64,000 nt of DNA from Acidimicrobiales bacterium (GTDB lineage Bacteria; Actinomycetota; Acidimicrobiia; Acidimicrobiales; SZUA-35), in contig JBKECK010000042.1 in NCBI GenBank assembly GCA_047974625.1, positions 3,320 through 67,319 on the forward strand, given 5' to 3'. Shown in pieces: positions 44,802 through 53,990 of the stretch. Position 1 is the first letter of the stretch, and each line of letters opens with the position of its first letter. The notes under the pieces are model-generated. The model ran no database searches, was not told the origin of the DNA, and worked only from the letters and a program-made list of their open reading frames with translations. The position numbers were made by a program, and so were the translations under genes.

Positions 44802-45493
44802 AGCACGCGCTGGCCGCCGGGGGGCCGGCGCAGGCAGCCCGACCACGGGATGCTATCCATGAACGCCCACGACTGGCGGTGGAGCACCGTGGGGCCGTGG
44901 GCGGCCAGGGCCGCCTTGTGCCGGGGACACGGATACCCCTTGTTGAGGTCGAAGTCGTAGTCGGGGAACGCCTCGGCCTCGGCCCGCATGATCCGGTCCC
45001 GGGTCACCTTGGCCAGGATCGACGCCGCGGCGATCGATACCGAGGTGGTGTCCCCCTTGACCAGGCGTCGAGTGACGGGATGGCCGACGAAGTCCCAGTT
45101 GCCGTCCACCAGTACTGCGCCGGCCGGCAGGCCGAGCCCGGCCAGCGCCCGGCGGGCGGCCAGCTTTTGAGCCGCCGACATGCCGAGCTCGTCGCACTCC
45201 AGGTTCGAGGCGTGCCCCACCGACCAGGCCTCCGCCCAGCCGGTGATCCGGTCGTACATGGCCTCCCGTTCGGCCTCGGTGAGCTGTTTGGAATCACGGA
45301 GCTTGTAGATGCGGCGGTCCCTGGCCGCCACCACGGCCCCGATGGTGATCGGACCGGCCCACGACCCCCGGCCGACCTCGTCGACCCCCACCACCACCTC
45401 GTGCCCGGCGGCCCAGAGCTCACGCTCCACGGCCAGGCCGGGCGCCTTGGCCTTCAGGGCCTTGCGGAGCTTGGGGACGGTGCGGGTCGCCAC
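44795..45493 (-). CDS. rnhB: ribonuclease HII
   Basis: VVGVDEVGRGSWAGPI, LRDSKQLT and VKGDTTSVSIAAASILAKVTRD are RNase HII catalytic motifs. Confidence 0.9.
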   Translation of the reverse strand: MATRTVPKLRKALKAKAPGLAVERELWAAGHEVVVGVDEVGRGSWAGPITIGAVVAARDRRIYKLRDSKQLTEAEREAMYDRITGWAEAWSVGHASNLECDELGMSAAQKLAARRALAGLGLPAGAVLVDGNWDFVGHPVTRRLVKGDTTSVSIAAASILAKVTRDRIMRAEAEAFPDYDFDLNKGYPCPRHKAALAAHGPTVLHRQSWAFMDSIPWSGCLRRPPGGQRVLS

Positions 45494-45568
45494 CGGGCCA
45501 CCGTAGCCGGGGGGGCGCCGTCGGTCGCCCCCCCGGGTCGGGGCCGATCCGCTCCCCGGGTCCCAGCC

Positions 45569-47392
45569 TCAGCTGAACGACTGGCCGGGTGACGGGCTGG
45601 GGGCCAGGCCTTCGGCCGTACCGGCCAGCAGGGTCTCCCCCCGCGGTTCGGTGGTGGACCAGTCCGGGTCGAGGCCCCGGCAGGTAAGGCCGACCGGGCG
45701 GGGGGCGCCGTCGGTCGGCGCCGGCTCGAGCTCCCACAACAGGGCGGGCCGGTAGCCGTGCCAGCGGATGGCGAACGAGACGACCCCCACCCGCGTGACC
45801 AGGCCGTGCACCTCCAGCGGACCGCCCCGCCAGTGGGACGGGAACTCGGGGAGCAGGCCCAACCCGTCAGGCCCGGACCCGGCGCTCCCGGGCCCGGCGA
45901 CCAGGACGTCGCCCACCGCGGCCAGGAAACGGCCGGCCGCCCCCGGATCGTCCCGGGGCGAAAAGGCCAGGGTGGCCCCGGCCGCGCCGGCCAGGACGCC
46001 GAGGCGTTCGACCGGGCCGTCCCCGGACCCGGCTCCGGGCAGGGTGGAGCGGAGACCGGCCGCGCCCGAGGGGTCACCGGCCAGGTCGGCGAGGTCGGCC
46101 AGGGCCCGACGGGCGGTGTGGCAGTCGGTGTCGGTGCCGGCCCGGTCGACCAGCCGGGTGATGGCCACGGCCAGCTCCAACCGGTCCGGGGCCGGGGGGC
46201 CGATGAGGCGGTGGGCGGCGGCCAGACCGGCCAGGACCTCGGCGGCCGGGCCGGGACCGTGGGCCAGGCGGGTGGGGAACAGGTCGGTGAGTGGTTCCAG
46301 CGCGGCCGCCACCTCCCGGTCACGACCGGCGACGGCCAGCCCCTCGAGGACGGACCCGGCGCCGGGGGCGAGGTCGGCCAGGGGGCCGGGGAGCCCGGCC
46401 GCGGCCAGCAGGAGCCGGGCCACCGACGCCCCGGCCAGGTCGGTCAGGCCCGGATCGGGGAGGGTGATCCGGGTACCGGCGTCGACCATGGTGGACCAGC
46501 CCCGGACCACCGCCGCCGGGTCGGCCACCCCGGCCGGGGTCGGACCCCCGATCCCGGCCGGGGTGGGGTCGACGGGCGGGATGTCCGCCGCCGGGACGAC
46601 GACCCGGAAGGTGGTCTTGTGGGGCACGGGGGCCACCACCACCAGGTGGCGTCCGGTCGCCGACGGGTCGGGGACCCGCAGGCCCCCACCGTCGCCCGAG
46701 CCGGCCCCGGCCGGGTCGAGGGCGGTGGTGAGCAGGGCGGACGGGTCCCGGTCGGTGGTCACCGCCTGGAGCGGGGGCCGGGGCAGCACCAGCACCGGCC
46801 GGTCACCGGCCCGGACCACCGGCCCGTCGAGGCGGACCCGGTCGGCCCGGGGGACGGCCAGCCGCACCATGGGCCTGGACCCCCGGCGGTTGCGGCAGAG
46901 GCGGGCCAGGGGTCCGCCCCGCCGGGCCGGTCGGTCGCCGGCGGCCGGGTCCGGCCCGTCCCTCCCCTCCGGGCCGTCCGCCGGCTCCGTCCCGTCCGGG
47001 GAGACCACGAAGGCGACGGCCAGGGGAACCGACGTCCGGTTGTCGATCTCGATGACGGCGGCGTCGCCCCCGTCGCCGCGAGCCGCGTAGGTGACGACCC
47101 TGACCTCACCCCCCTTGACGTTGAGGGCCGTCTCCACCACCGGGCCCGGCCCGGCCCGATGCTGCCGCACGGTGGGCTCGCGTTCCGGCCGGTACCAGCG
47201 GTCGTCGGACTGGATCCACCAGGCCACCCGCCACCCGGCCGGGCACGGACCGCCCCCGGCCCCAAACCCGGCCCCGGCGGGGCGGAGCGACCCGTCCGGG
47301 CCCACCGACCACCTGGCCGTGCCCCCGGTGGTGCCGATCTCGGTGGCGGTGGCCGCTGCTGATCCCGGCTCGGCCGGTGGTGGGGAGGTCAC
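45569..47392 (-). CDS. large conserved-looking hypothetical protein (607 aa), no recognisable family
   Basis: This is track ORF 45569..47506 trimmed to GTG 47392 so that it does not overlap cofC. It has coding-like segments (WWIQSDDRWYRPEREPTVRQH, VRVVTYAARG, AVIEIDNRTSVPLAVAFVV, FAIRWHGYRPALLWELE) and no TM or signal peptide. Confidence 0.55.
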   Translation of the reverse strand: MTSPPPAEPGSAAATATEIGTTGGTARWSVGPDGSLRPAGAGFGAGGGPCPAGWRVAWWIQSDDRWYRPEREPTVRQHRAGPGPVVETALNVKGGEVRVVTYAARGDGGDAAVIEIDNRTSVPLAVAFVVSPDGTEPADGPEGRDGPDPAAGDRPARRGGPLARLCRNRRGSRPMVRLAVPRADRVRLDGPVVRAGDRPVLVLPRPPLQAVTTDRDPSALLTTALDPAGAGSGDGGGLRVPDPSATGRHLVVVAPVPHKTTFRVVVPAADIPPVDPTPAGIGGPTPAGVADPAAVVRGWSTMVDAGTRITLPDPGLTDLAGASVARLLLAAAGLPGPLADLAPGAGSVLEGLAVAGRDREVAAALEPLTDLFPTRLAHGPGPAAEVLAGLAAAHRLIGPPAPDRLELAVAITRLVDRAGTDTDCHTARRALADLADLAGDPSGAAGLRSTLPGAGSGDGPVERLGVLAGAAGATLAFSPRDDPGAAGRFLAAVGDVLVAGPGSAGSGPDGLGLLPEFPSHWRGGPLEVHGLVTRVGVVSFAIRWHGYRPALLWELEPAPTDGAPRPVGLTCRGLDPDWSTTEPRGETLLAGTAEGLAPSPSPGQSFS

Positions 47393-47457
47393 CCTCGGCA
47401 CCCTACCCAGGCCGCCCGGGCCGACCCCGCGACCCCACCGGCCGGTAGCCTGCCCCG

Positions 47458-48081
47458 GTGATGTTCGGTGGGGCGGGCGGTGACAGCGACGGGCGACGGA
47501 CCGCAACGGCCGTGGTCGTCCCGATCAAGGCCTTCGACACGGCCAAGGGCCGCCTGGCCGGTCGGCTCGACCCGACCGAACGGGCCGAACTGGCCCGCTC
47601 CATGGCCGCGGCCGTGGTGGAGGCAGCCCGCCCCCTGCCGGTGTGGATCGTGTGCGACCACGACGAGGTGGCGGACTGGGCCCGGGAGCGGCGGGCCGAG
47701 GTGGTGTGGCCGGCCGTCCCGGGGCTCGACGCCGCCGCTACCGCCGGGGTGGAGGCGGCCGCCGCCTCCGGGGCCGAACGGGTGATCGTGGCCCACGCCG
47801 ACCTGCCCCGGGCCACCAGCCTGGCCTGGGTGGCCGAGTTCGACGGTGTCACCATCGTCCCCGACCGCCGGGGCGACGGCACCAACGTGATCGGCGTGCC
47901 GGCCCGGTCGCCGTTCCGGTTCGCCTACGGGCCGGGCTCGGCCCGCCGCCACCACCAGCTCGCCCTCGACGCCGGCTTGGCCGTGCGGGTCGCCCCCGAC
48001 GCCGACCTGGGCTGGGACGTCGACACCCCGGACGACCTTCCCGGCCTTCCCGGCCCGACCGGAGATCGGAGCTCCCCGTGA
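47458..48081 (+). CDS. cofC: 2-phospho-L-lactate / phosphoenolpyruvate guanylyltransferase (F420 biosynthesis)
   Basis: VVVPIKAFDTAKGRL, VIVAHADLP, IVPDRRGDGTN and W.DVDTPDDL are CofC/FbiD motifs. Confidence 0.8.
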   Translation: MMFGGAGGDSDGRRTATAVVVPIKAFDTAKGRLAGRLDPTERAELARSMAAAVVEAARPLPVWIVCDHDEVADWARERRAEVVWPAVPGLDAAATAGVEAAAASGAERVIVAHADLPRATSLAWVAEFDGVTIVPDRRGDGTNVIGVPARSPFRFAYGPGSARRHHQLALDAGLAVRVAPDADLGWDVDTPDDLPGLPGPTGDRSSP

Positions 48082-48845
48082 CCGAAGCCCAGAACCCCTT
48101 GACGCCCACCCCGGTGGTGGTGGACGACCCGTCGCTGAACCTGCCCACCCCGGCTCGGGCCCTGGCCGTCGGCGCCCACCCCGACGATGTCGACTTCGGT
48201 TGCGGCGGCACCCTGGCCAAGTGGGCGGCCGCCGGATGCACGGTCAACGTCCTGGTCTGCACCGACGGGTCGAAGGGCACCTGGGACCCCGACGCCGACA
48301 CCCCGACCCTGGTGGTCACCCGCCGGCGGGAGCAGCGGGAGGCGGCCCGCCGCCTGGGCGCCACCGGCGAGGTCGGGTTCCTCGATCAGGTCGACGGGGA
48401 ACTGGAGTCGTCGGCGACGCTCCGGGCCCGGGTGGCCTGGTGGATCCGCCGGACCCGACCCGATGTGGTGCTCGGCCACGACCCGTGGAAGCGGTACCGG
48501 CTGCACCCCGACCACCGCCACGCCGGATGGCTGGTCACCGACGGCATCGTGGCCGCCCGTGACCCCAAGTTCTTCCCCGAGCACGGCCTGGCCCACCACC
48601 GGCCGTCGAGCCTCCTGCTGTTCGAAGCCGACGAGCCCGACCACGCCGAGGACGTGACCGGATTCGCCGACCGCAAGCTCGACGCCCTGCTGGCCCACGA
48701 GAGCCAGTTCGAGTCGACCATGGCCTCCGGCGACGACCCCGACCTCAGCCGCTTCCGGGTCCGGGTGGACGACCGGCTCCGGGCCGCCGGTCGAGCCGTG
48801 GGGGTGGAGCGGGCCGAACTGTTCAAGCTCATCGACGATCTCTGA
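48078..48845 (+). CDS. PIG-L/LmbE-family deacetylase
   Basis: This is the last 255 codons of track ORF 47643..48845. It has ALAVGAHPDDVDFGCGGTLAKW, VCTDGSKG and HPDHRHAG. Its GTG start overlaps the cofC stop (GTGA at 48078-48081). Confidence 0.8.
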   Translation: MTEAQNPLTPTPVVVDDPSLNLPTPARALAVGAHPDDVDFGCGGTLAKWAAAGCTVNVLVCTDGSKGTWDPDADTPTLVVTRRREQREAARRLGATGEVGFLDQVDGELESSATLRARVAWWIRRTRPDVVLGHDPWKRYRLHPDHRHAGWLVTDGIVAARDPKFFPEHGLAHHRPSSLLLFEADEPDHAEDVTGFADRKLDALLAHESQFESTMASGDDPDLSRFRVRVDDRLRAAGRAVGVERAELFKLIDDL

Positions 48846-48883
48846 TGGGAGTCTGACCCCCTCCGGCCGCGGCTGGCGGAGGA

Positions 48884-49381
48884 TCAGAAGCGGAACCGGG
48901 TCAGATCGTGGGGGAAGTCCAACCAGGCCAGGGCCTTGCCGGGGGTGAACACCCGTAGACCGCCGGCGGCCGGGCCCGACCAGGCGTCGGCCTCGGGCCG
49001 GTAGCCCCGCTCCCCGTACTTGCGGCCGATCTCGGCCGCGATCGGCGCCCCGTCGGCGGCCGGAACCGGTGGTGAGGGGTGCGACTCGCCCTCCACCACG
49101 ATCGACTCCCACCCGTCCCCGATGTGGAGGGCGCAGGCCGGGTTGGTCCGGAGGTTGCGGGCGTGGACGGTGTCGGGCGAGCCGTCGTAGTAGAGCCCAC
49201 CGTCGAGCCAGACCCCCCAGCGGGGAACGACGTGAGGCCGACCGTCGGGCCGGGTGGTGGCCATCCAGTACTGGGGGGCCTCACGGAGCCGGGCCTCGAC
49301 CACCGCCCACTCCAGCAGGACACCCCCGGACTCGGGCCGGTAACCCTCCGGAAGCTCAGGCTCGTCGCGGCTAGGATCCAC
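48884..49381 (-). CDS. pyridoxamine 5'-phosphate oxidase-family (PPOX/F420-binding split-barrel) protein
   Basis: YWMATTRPDGRPHVVPRWGVWLDGGLYYDGSPDTVHARNLRTNP is typical of PPOX class proteins. Start taken at GTG 49381 (alternative 49411). Confidence 0.7.
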   Translation of the reverse strand: MDPSRDEPELPEGYRPESGGVLLEWAVVEARLREAPQYWMATTRPDGRPHVVPRWGVWLDGGLYYDGSPDTVHARNLRTNPACALHIGDGWESIVVEGESHPSPPVPAADGAPIAAEIGRKYGERGYRPEADAWSGPAAGGLRVFTPGKALAWLDFPHDLTRFRF

Positions 49382-49497
49382 TCCACGGATCGTAGCCCTT
49401 GCCCCCGTCACCCCCGTCCCCTCCTCGACGCCCGCCGGGCCTTCCCGGGCGGCCGACCCCGGCCCGAACCAGGTCCGTCCCAGGCGGGGAGCCGGTT

Positions 49498-50004
49498 GTG
49501 GTGATCTCGGCCGGGGTGGCCCTGGTCCGCAACGGCACCGGCGGGGGCTGGGAGCTGCTCGTCGTCCACCCCGGTGGCCCCTACTGGGCCGGCAAGGACG
49601 AGCACGCCTGGTCGATCCCGAAGGGCGAGGTGGACGACGTGGCCCCGCCGGCCGAACCGACCGCCGCCCAGCTCGAGGCCACCGCCCGCCGGGAGTTCGC
49701 CGAGGAGCTGGGCCGGCCGGCCCCCGGCGCCCCGATGAGGGCCCTGCCCCGGTTCCGGATCGGTTCGGGCAAGTACCTGGTCGCCTTCCTCGCCGTCGGG
49801 GATCTCGACCCCACCACCATCTCCTCGAACACCGTCGAGATCGCCTGGCCACCCCGGTCGGGACGGACGATCACCATCCCCGAGGTGGACGCGGCCGCCT
49901 GGATCGGCCTGGACGAGGCCCGGACCCGGCTCCACAAGGGCCAGGTCCCCCTGGTCGACCTGGTGGCGGCGACCCTGGCTGAGGAGCCGACCACCCGGAC
50001 GTGA
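49498..50004 (+). CDS. NUDIX-family hydrolase (COG4119-like)
   Basis: LLVVHPGGPYWAGKDEHAWSIPKGE....ARREFAEELG is a Nudix box with an insertion. GTG start preceded by ggcggggag. Confidence 0.75.
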   Translation: MVISAGVALVRNGTGGGWELLVVHPGGPYWAGKDEHAWSIPKGEVDDVAPPAEPTAAQLEATARREFAEELGRPAPGAPMRALPRFRIGSGKYLVAFLAVGDLDPTTISSNTVEIAWPPRSGRTITIPEVDAAAWIGLDEARTRLHKGQVPLVDLVAATLAEEPTTRT

Positions 50005-50024
50005 GGCCCCGGCCGGAACGGCCC

Positions 50025-51593
50025 TCAGCGGACCACCGAGCGCAGGGCCCTCCCGGCCCGGGTGTCACGCCGGGGTTCACCGTCGCTCAGCGCCACCGTC
50101 CCTTCCACCAGGACGAAGCGGACCCCCACCGAGGCCAGCTCCGGTGAGGCCACCGTGGCCCGGTCGACCACCGTGGCCGGGTCGAACACCACCACATCGG
50201 CGTCGGCCCCCCGCTGGAGGCGGCCCTTGCGGGCCAGGTCGGGCAGCATGGCCTCCACCCGCCGGGCCGGCAGGATGGTGATCTTGGCCAAGGCGTCGGG
50301 CAGGCCGAGCACCCCCTGTTCACGGACGTACCGGCCGAGCAGCCGGGAGAAGGTGCCCGAGGCCCGGGGGTGGTTGTTGAGGTCGGGGTTGAGGATGGCG
50401 TCGCTCGACACCATGGTCCACGGCCGTTGCAGGACCATGTGCAGCTCCTGCTCGGGGATGGCACCCAGGGCCACCACCAGCTTGTTGTCCGCCTGAGCCT
50501 GGTCGAAGGTGACCGGACTCAGCCTCTGTTCGGTGCCGGCCACCTGGAGGTCGGAGTCGTCGATCCGGTACCGCTGCCGCCAGCCGAGGGCGAACCGGGA
50601 GCTGGCCAGGAAGGTGCCCCACGAGTCGTAGGGGTAACAACAGGCGGTGACGTCCACCCCGTCCGATCGGGCCTCCTCCAGCAGTTCGAGGGCCGGCCCC
50701 ATCTCGAAGGTGCCGCCGGTGGAGGTGATGTGCTCCACGTGCACCGGGGAGCCGGTGGCCCGGGCCACGGCCAGGACCTCCCGCAGACCGTCCCGGCCCG
50801 TGCCGGGCGGGTCGGGGTCGCTGTAGCGGGTGTGGAAGAACGACATGTGGCCGGCCTCCACCGCCACCTCGGCCAGGCCGACCATCTCGTCGCGGGTGGT
50901 GCCGGGCGCGTACTCGGGGGAGCAGCAGACCCCGGCGAAACCGGCCTCGAGGTTCTCGGCCAGAACGGCCTCGAAGCGGCGCTGCTGGGCCCGGGTCAGC
51001 TCGTCCTCCACCCCCGCCCCAATCTCTTCGGCCCGCATGAAGTGCTGGTGGAAGGCGCCACCGAAGTGGATGGGGGTCTCCCCCTCGTAGCGGTCGAAGA
51101 AGGCGGCGGCGTAGTTGCTGACCCCATGCATGGCCAGGTTGGTGGTGACCCCGTCGGCCAATTTGTTCCACACCCCGAACGAGTTCGGCTCGAACGACAG
51201 CAGGTCGATGAAGCCGGGGGCCACCACCAGGTCCCGGGCGTCGATGACGGTGTCGCCCTCCAGGGGGTCGGTGGTGAGGGCGGTCACCATCTCACCGTCG
51301 ACCCCCACGTTGGCCACCCCGTCGAACCCCGAATCCGGGTCGATGACCCGGCCGCCGACCACCACCAGGTCGTACCGGTGACCGGGCGGGGGCTGATCGG
51401 GGGCACCTTCGAGGACGGGGGGCCGACCGAGCCCGGAGGTCAGATCGATCAGCCCACCGGTGCCGGGGCGGGCCCGGTCCGACCAGCCCACCACTCCGGT
51501 GAGGGCCACGTTGGCCGCGCCGTACCCCAGGGCGACCAACACCCGCCGCCGGGCCCGGATCGACAGGAGAGGGTCGTCGTCGTCCGCTGCCAT
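50025..51593 (-). CDS. amidohydrolase, D-aminoacylase/N-acyl-D-amino-acid deacylase-like
   Basis: YDLVVVGGRVIDP...VIDARDLVVAPGFID, a C-terminal RGADADVVVFDP and VEGTVAL fit the Amidohydro_3 family. The N-terminal RARRRVLVALGYGAA resembles a Tat signal. The canonical HxH after GFID is replaced by LLSF. Confidence 0.75.
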   Translation of the reverse strand: MAADDDDPLLSIRARRRVLVALGYGAANVALTGVVGWSDRARPGTGGLIDLTSGLGRPPVLEGAPDQPPPGHRYDLVVVGGRVIDPDSGFDGVANVGVDGEMVTALTTDPLEGDTVIDARDLVVAPGFIDLLSFEPNSFGVWNKLADGVTTNLAMHGVSNYAAAFFDRYEGETPIHFGGAFHQHFMRAEEIGAGVEDELTRAQQRRFEAVLAENLEAGFAGVCCSPEYAPGTTRDEMVGLAEVAVEAGHMSFFHTRYSDPDPPGTGRDGLREVLAVARATGSPVHVEHITSTGGTFEMGPALELLEEARSDGVDVTACCYPYDSWGTFLASSRFALGWRQRYRIDDSDLQVAGTEQRLSPVTFDQAQADNKLVVALGAIPEQELHMVLQRPWTMVSSDAILNPDLNNHPRASGTFSRLLGRYVREQGVLGLPDALAKITILPARRVEAMLPDLARKGRLQRGADADVVVFDPATVVDRATVASPELASVGVRFVLVEGTVALSDGEPRRDTRAGRALRSVVR

Positions 51594-51776
51594 CCCCCGT
51601 CGACCGTAGCCCCCGCCGTCGGGCCGGACGGCGACCCTCCCCCACCCGGATCCGGTGCCGGGGACGGGCTCCTACCGGCGCCGCCGTCCACCCCCGGGCT
51701 CCGCCCCACCATCCCCGGCACCACCACCGGGCACAAGTCGCGTGGCCGGAGCCCGGGGACGGGTACTGTTTCGGGG

Positions 51777-52919
51777 GTGAGCTCAGCGTTACCGCCCCTC
51801 TACCGCTTGGGCATCGTCGGCGCCGGCCAGATCGCCCGGATGACCCACCAGGCCGCGGTCAAGCTGGGGATCACCCCCCGCCTCCTGGCCGAGGACCGGG
51901 GCGACTCGGCCGCCCTGGCCGCGCCCGACGCCACCTTCGGCCACCCGGACGCCCTGGCCGCCTTCGCCGAGTACTGCGAGGTGGTCACATTCGAGCACGA
52001 ACGGCTCGACCTGGGCCTGGTGGAACGGCTCGAGCTGCAGGGCACGGTGATCCGGCCCGGGGCCAGGACGATGCGGGTGGCCTTCGACAAGCTCTACCAG
52101 CGGCACGTGCTCACCAGCCGGGGGTTCCCCATCCCCGCCTTCGCCGAGGTCCGCGGGCCCGACGACCTGTTCGACTTCGCCTCCAGCCACGGCTACCCGG
52201 TGGTGATCAAGGCGGCCCGGGCCGTCCGGGGCCAGGAGCGGGCGGTGTGGATCGTGGAGAACCCGGCCGAGGCGATGCGGGTCCTGGCCGAGCAGGGCGG
52301 CCGGCAGCTCCTCGTCGAGGCCCACCAGGCCATCATGAAGGAGCTGGTGGTGCTGCTGGCCCGCCGGCCCGGCGGGTTCAGCCGTACCTACCCCCTGGTG
52401 GAGGTGAAGACCAACGACGGCATCCCCATCGAGATGCGGTCCCCGGCCGCCGTCGGACCCCGGGTGGCCGCCGAGGCCCGGCAACTGGCCATCCGGCTGG
52501 CCGAGGAGCTCGACTCCGTCGGGGTGATCGCCGTCGAGCTGTTCCTGTCCACCGACGGCCTGCTGATCAACGAGATCGCAGCCCGGCCCCACAACGCCGG
52601 CCACCTCACCATCGAGGGCACCCCGACCTCCCAGTTCGAGAACCACGTCCGGGCCATGCTCGACCTTCCCCTCGGCCCCACCTGGGCCAACGCCCCCGCC
52701 CTGGTCACCATGAACGTGATCGGCGGCCTGGAGGGCACCGACCCGGTCAACCACCTGGCCGAGGCGCTGGCCATCGAGGGCACCCACGTCCACCTCTACG
52801 GCAAACGGGCCCGGCCCGGCCGTAAGCTCGGTCACGTGACCGTCCTGAGCGACGACGTCGACCAGGCCTGTGAGCTGGCCCGGCGGGTCGAGGCCGCCCT
52901 CAACGGAAGGCGGGTCTGA
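51777..52919 (+). CDS. purK: N5-carboxyaminoimidazole ribonucleotide synthase
   Basis: This is the last 380 codons of track ORF 50370..52919, from GTG 51777. LGIVGAGQIARM, GYPVVIKA, ELVVLLARR, NEIAARPHNAGH and GRKLGHVT are PurK ATP-grasp motifs. Confidence 0.85.
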   Translation: MSSALPPLYRLGIVGAGQIARMTHQAAVKLGITPRLLAEDRGDSAALAAPDATFGHPDALAAFAEYCEVVTFEHERLDLGLVERLELQGTVIRPGARTMRVAFDKLYQRHVLTSRGFPIPAFAEVRGPDDLFDFASSHGYPVVIKAARAVRGQERAVWIVENPAEAMRVLAEQGGRQLLVEAHQAIMKELVVLLARRPGGFSRTYPLVEVKTNDGIPIEMRSPAAVGPRVAAEARQLAIRLAEELDSVGVIAVELFLSTDGLLINEIAARPHNAGHLTIEGTPTSQFENHVRAMLDLPLGPTWANAPALVTMNVIGGLEGTDPVNHLAEALAIEGTHVHLYGKRARPGRKLGHVTVLSDDVDQACELARRVEAALNGRRV

Positions 52920-52921
52920 GG

Positions 52922-53557
52922 TTGTCGACCCCCTCCCTGACGGTGATCGAGCATCCCCTGGTGCAACACAAGGTGAGCGTCCTGCGCGACATGACCACCC
53001 CGAGCGACGTGTTCCGGGCCACCTGCCGGGAGATTACCGTGCTATGCGCCTACGAGACGTTCGCCGGTCTCCCGCTCACCACCACCACGGTCACCACCCC
53101 CCTCACCACCATGGAGGCCCCCACCATGGCCGGCCCCAGTCCGGTGGTGGTCGGCATCCTGCGGGCGGGCCAGATCATGGTGGACGCGGTCCTCTCGATC
53201 CTGCCCGAGGCCGCGGTGGGCCTCGTCGGCATGGCCCGCCACCACGACACCCACGAGGCCTACGAGTACTATCGGAGGTTGCCCCACGGCATCGACCGCC
53301 GCCCGGTGGTGGTGGTCGACCCGATGCTGGCCACCGGCGGCAGTGCCGTGCACGCCCTGGACGTCCTGGCCGAGGAGGGCTGCTCGAATCCCCGGCTACT
53401 CAGCATCATCGGCTGCCCCGAGGGGGTGGCGGCGGTCCACGAACGGCACCCCAACGTACCCATCGTGCTCGCCGCGCTCGACCAGGGCCTGAACGACGAC
53501 GCCTACATCGTCCCCGGCCTCGGCGACGCCGGCGACCGGCTCTACGGGACCACATGA
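52922..53557 (+). CDS. upp: uracil phosphoribosyltransferase
   Basis: HPLVQHKVSVLRD, ILRAG, VVVDPMLATGGSA (PRPP loop) and YIVPGLGDAGDRLYGT match UPRT. TTG start. Confidence 0.9.
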   Translation: MSTPSLTVIEHPLVQHKVSVLRDMTTPSDVFRATCREITVLCAYETFAGLPLTTTTVTTPLTTMEAPTMAGPSPVVVGILRAGQIMVDAVLSILPEAAVGLVGMARHHDTHEAYEYYRRLPHGIDRRPVVVVDPMLATGGSAVHALDVLAEEGCSNPRLLSIIGCPEGVAAVHERHPNVPIVLAALDQGLNDDAYIVPGLGDAGDRLYGTT

Positions 53558-53958
53558 CCGGGCCGGCCCCGATCCCCTGGGAGGAGCTCCACCGCCGGGC
53601 CCGGGACATGGCCGGACGGGCCTACTCCCCGTACTCGGCGTTCCGGGTGGGGGCGGCCGCCCTGGTGGACGACGGCCGCATCGTCACCGGCTGCAATGTC
53701 GAGAACATCTCCTACGGCCTGACCCTCTGCGCCGAGTGCGGCCTCGTGTCCGACCTGGCCGCCACCGGCGGGGGGCGGCTGGTGGCCGTGGTGGTGGTGT
53801 CCGGCTCGGGGGCACCGTGCCCCCCGTGCGGCCGGTGCCGCCAGCTCCTCCACGAACACGGCGGGGACGATCTCCTGGTTGACGGCGACGGCACCGTCCG
53901 CCGCATGGAGGAGCTCCTGCCGGGCGGGTTCTCCGCCGCCCGCCTGGCCGAGGGCTGA
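53554..53958 (+). CDS. cdd: cytidine deaminase
   Basis: YSPYSAFRVGAA, CAECG and PCGRCRQ (zinc ligands) match cytidine deaminase. The ATG overlaps the upp stop (ATGA). Confidence 0.9.
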   Translation: MTGPAPIPWEELHRRARDMAGRAYSPYSAFRVGAAALVDDGRIVTGCNVENISYGLTLCAECGLVSDLAATGGGRLVAVVVVSGSGAPCPPCGRCRQLLHEHGGDDLLVDGDGTVRRMEELLPGGFSAARLAEG

Positions 53959-53990
53959 CCGGCCGATCCACCCGCCCGCCCCGGGCGCGG

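Noticed and set aside
50370-51776. N-terminal 469 codons of track ORF 50370..52919
   Set aside because: They run antisense to the amidohydrolase gene. PurK homology starts only at LGIVGAGQIARM, so purK was started at GTG 51777.
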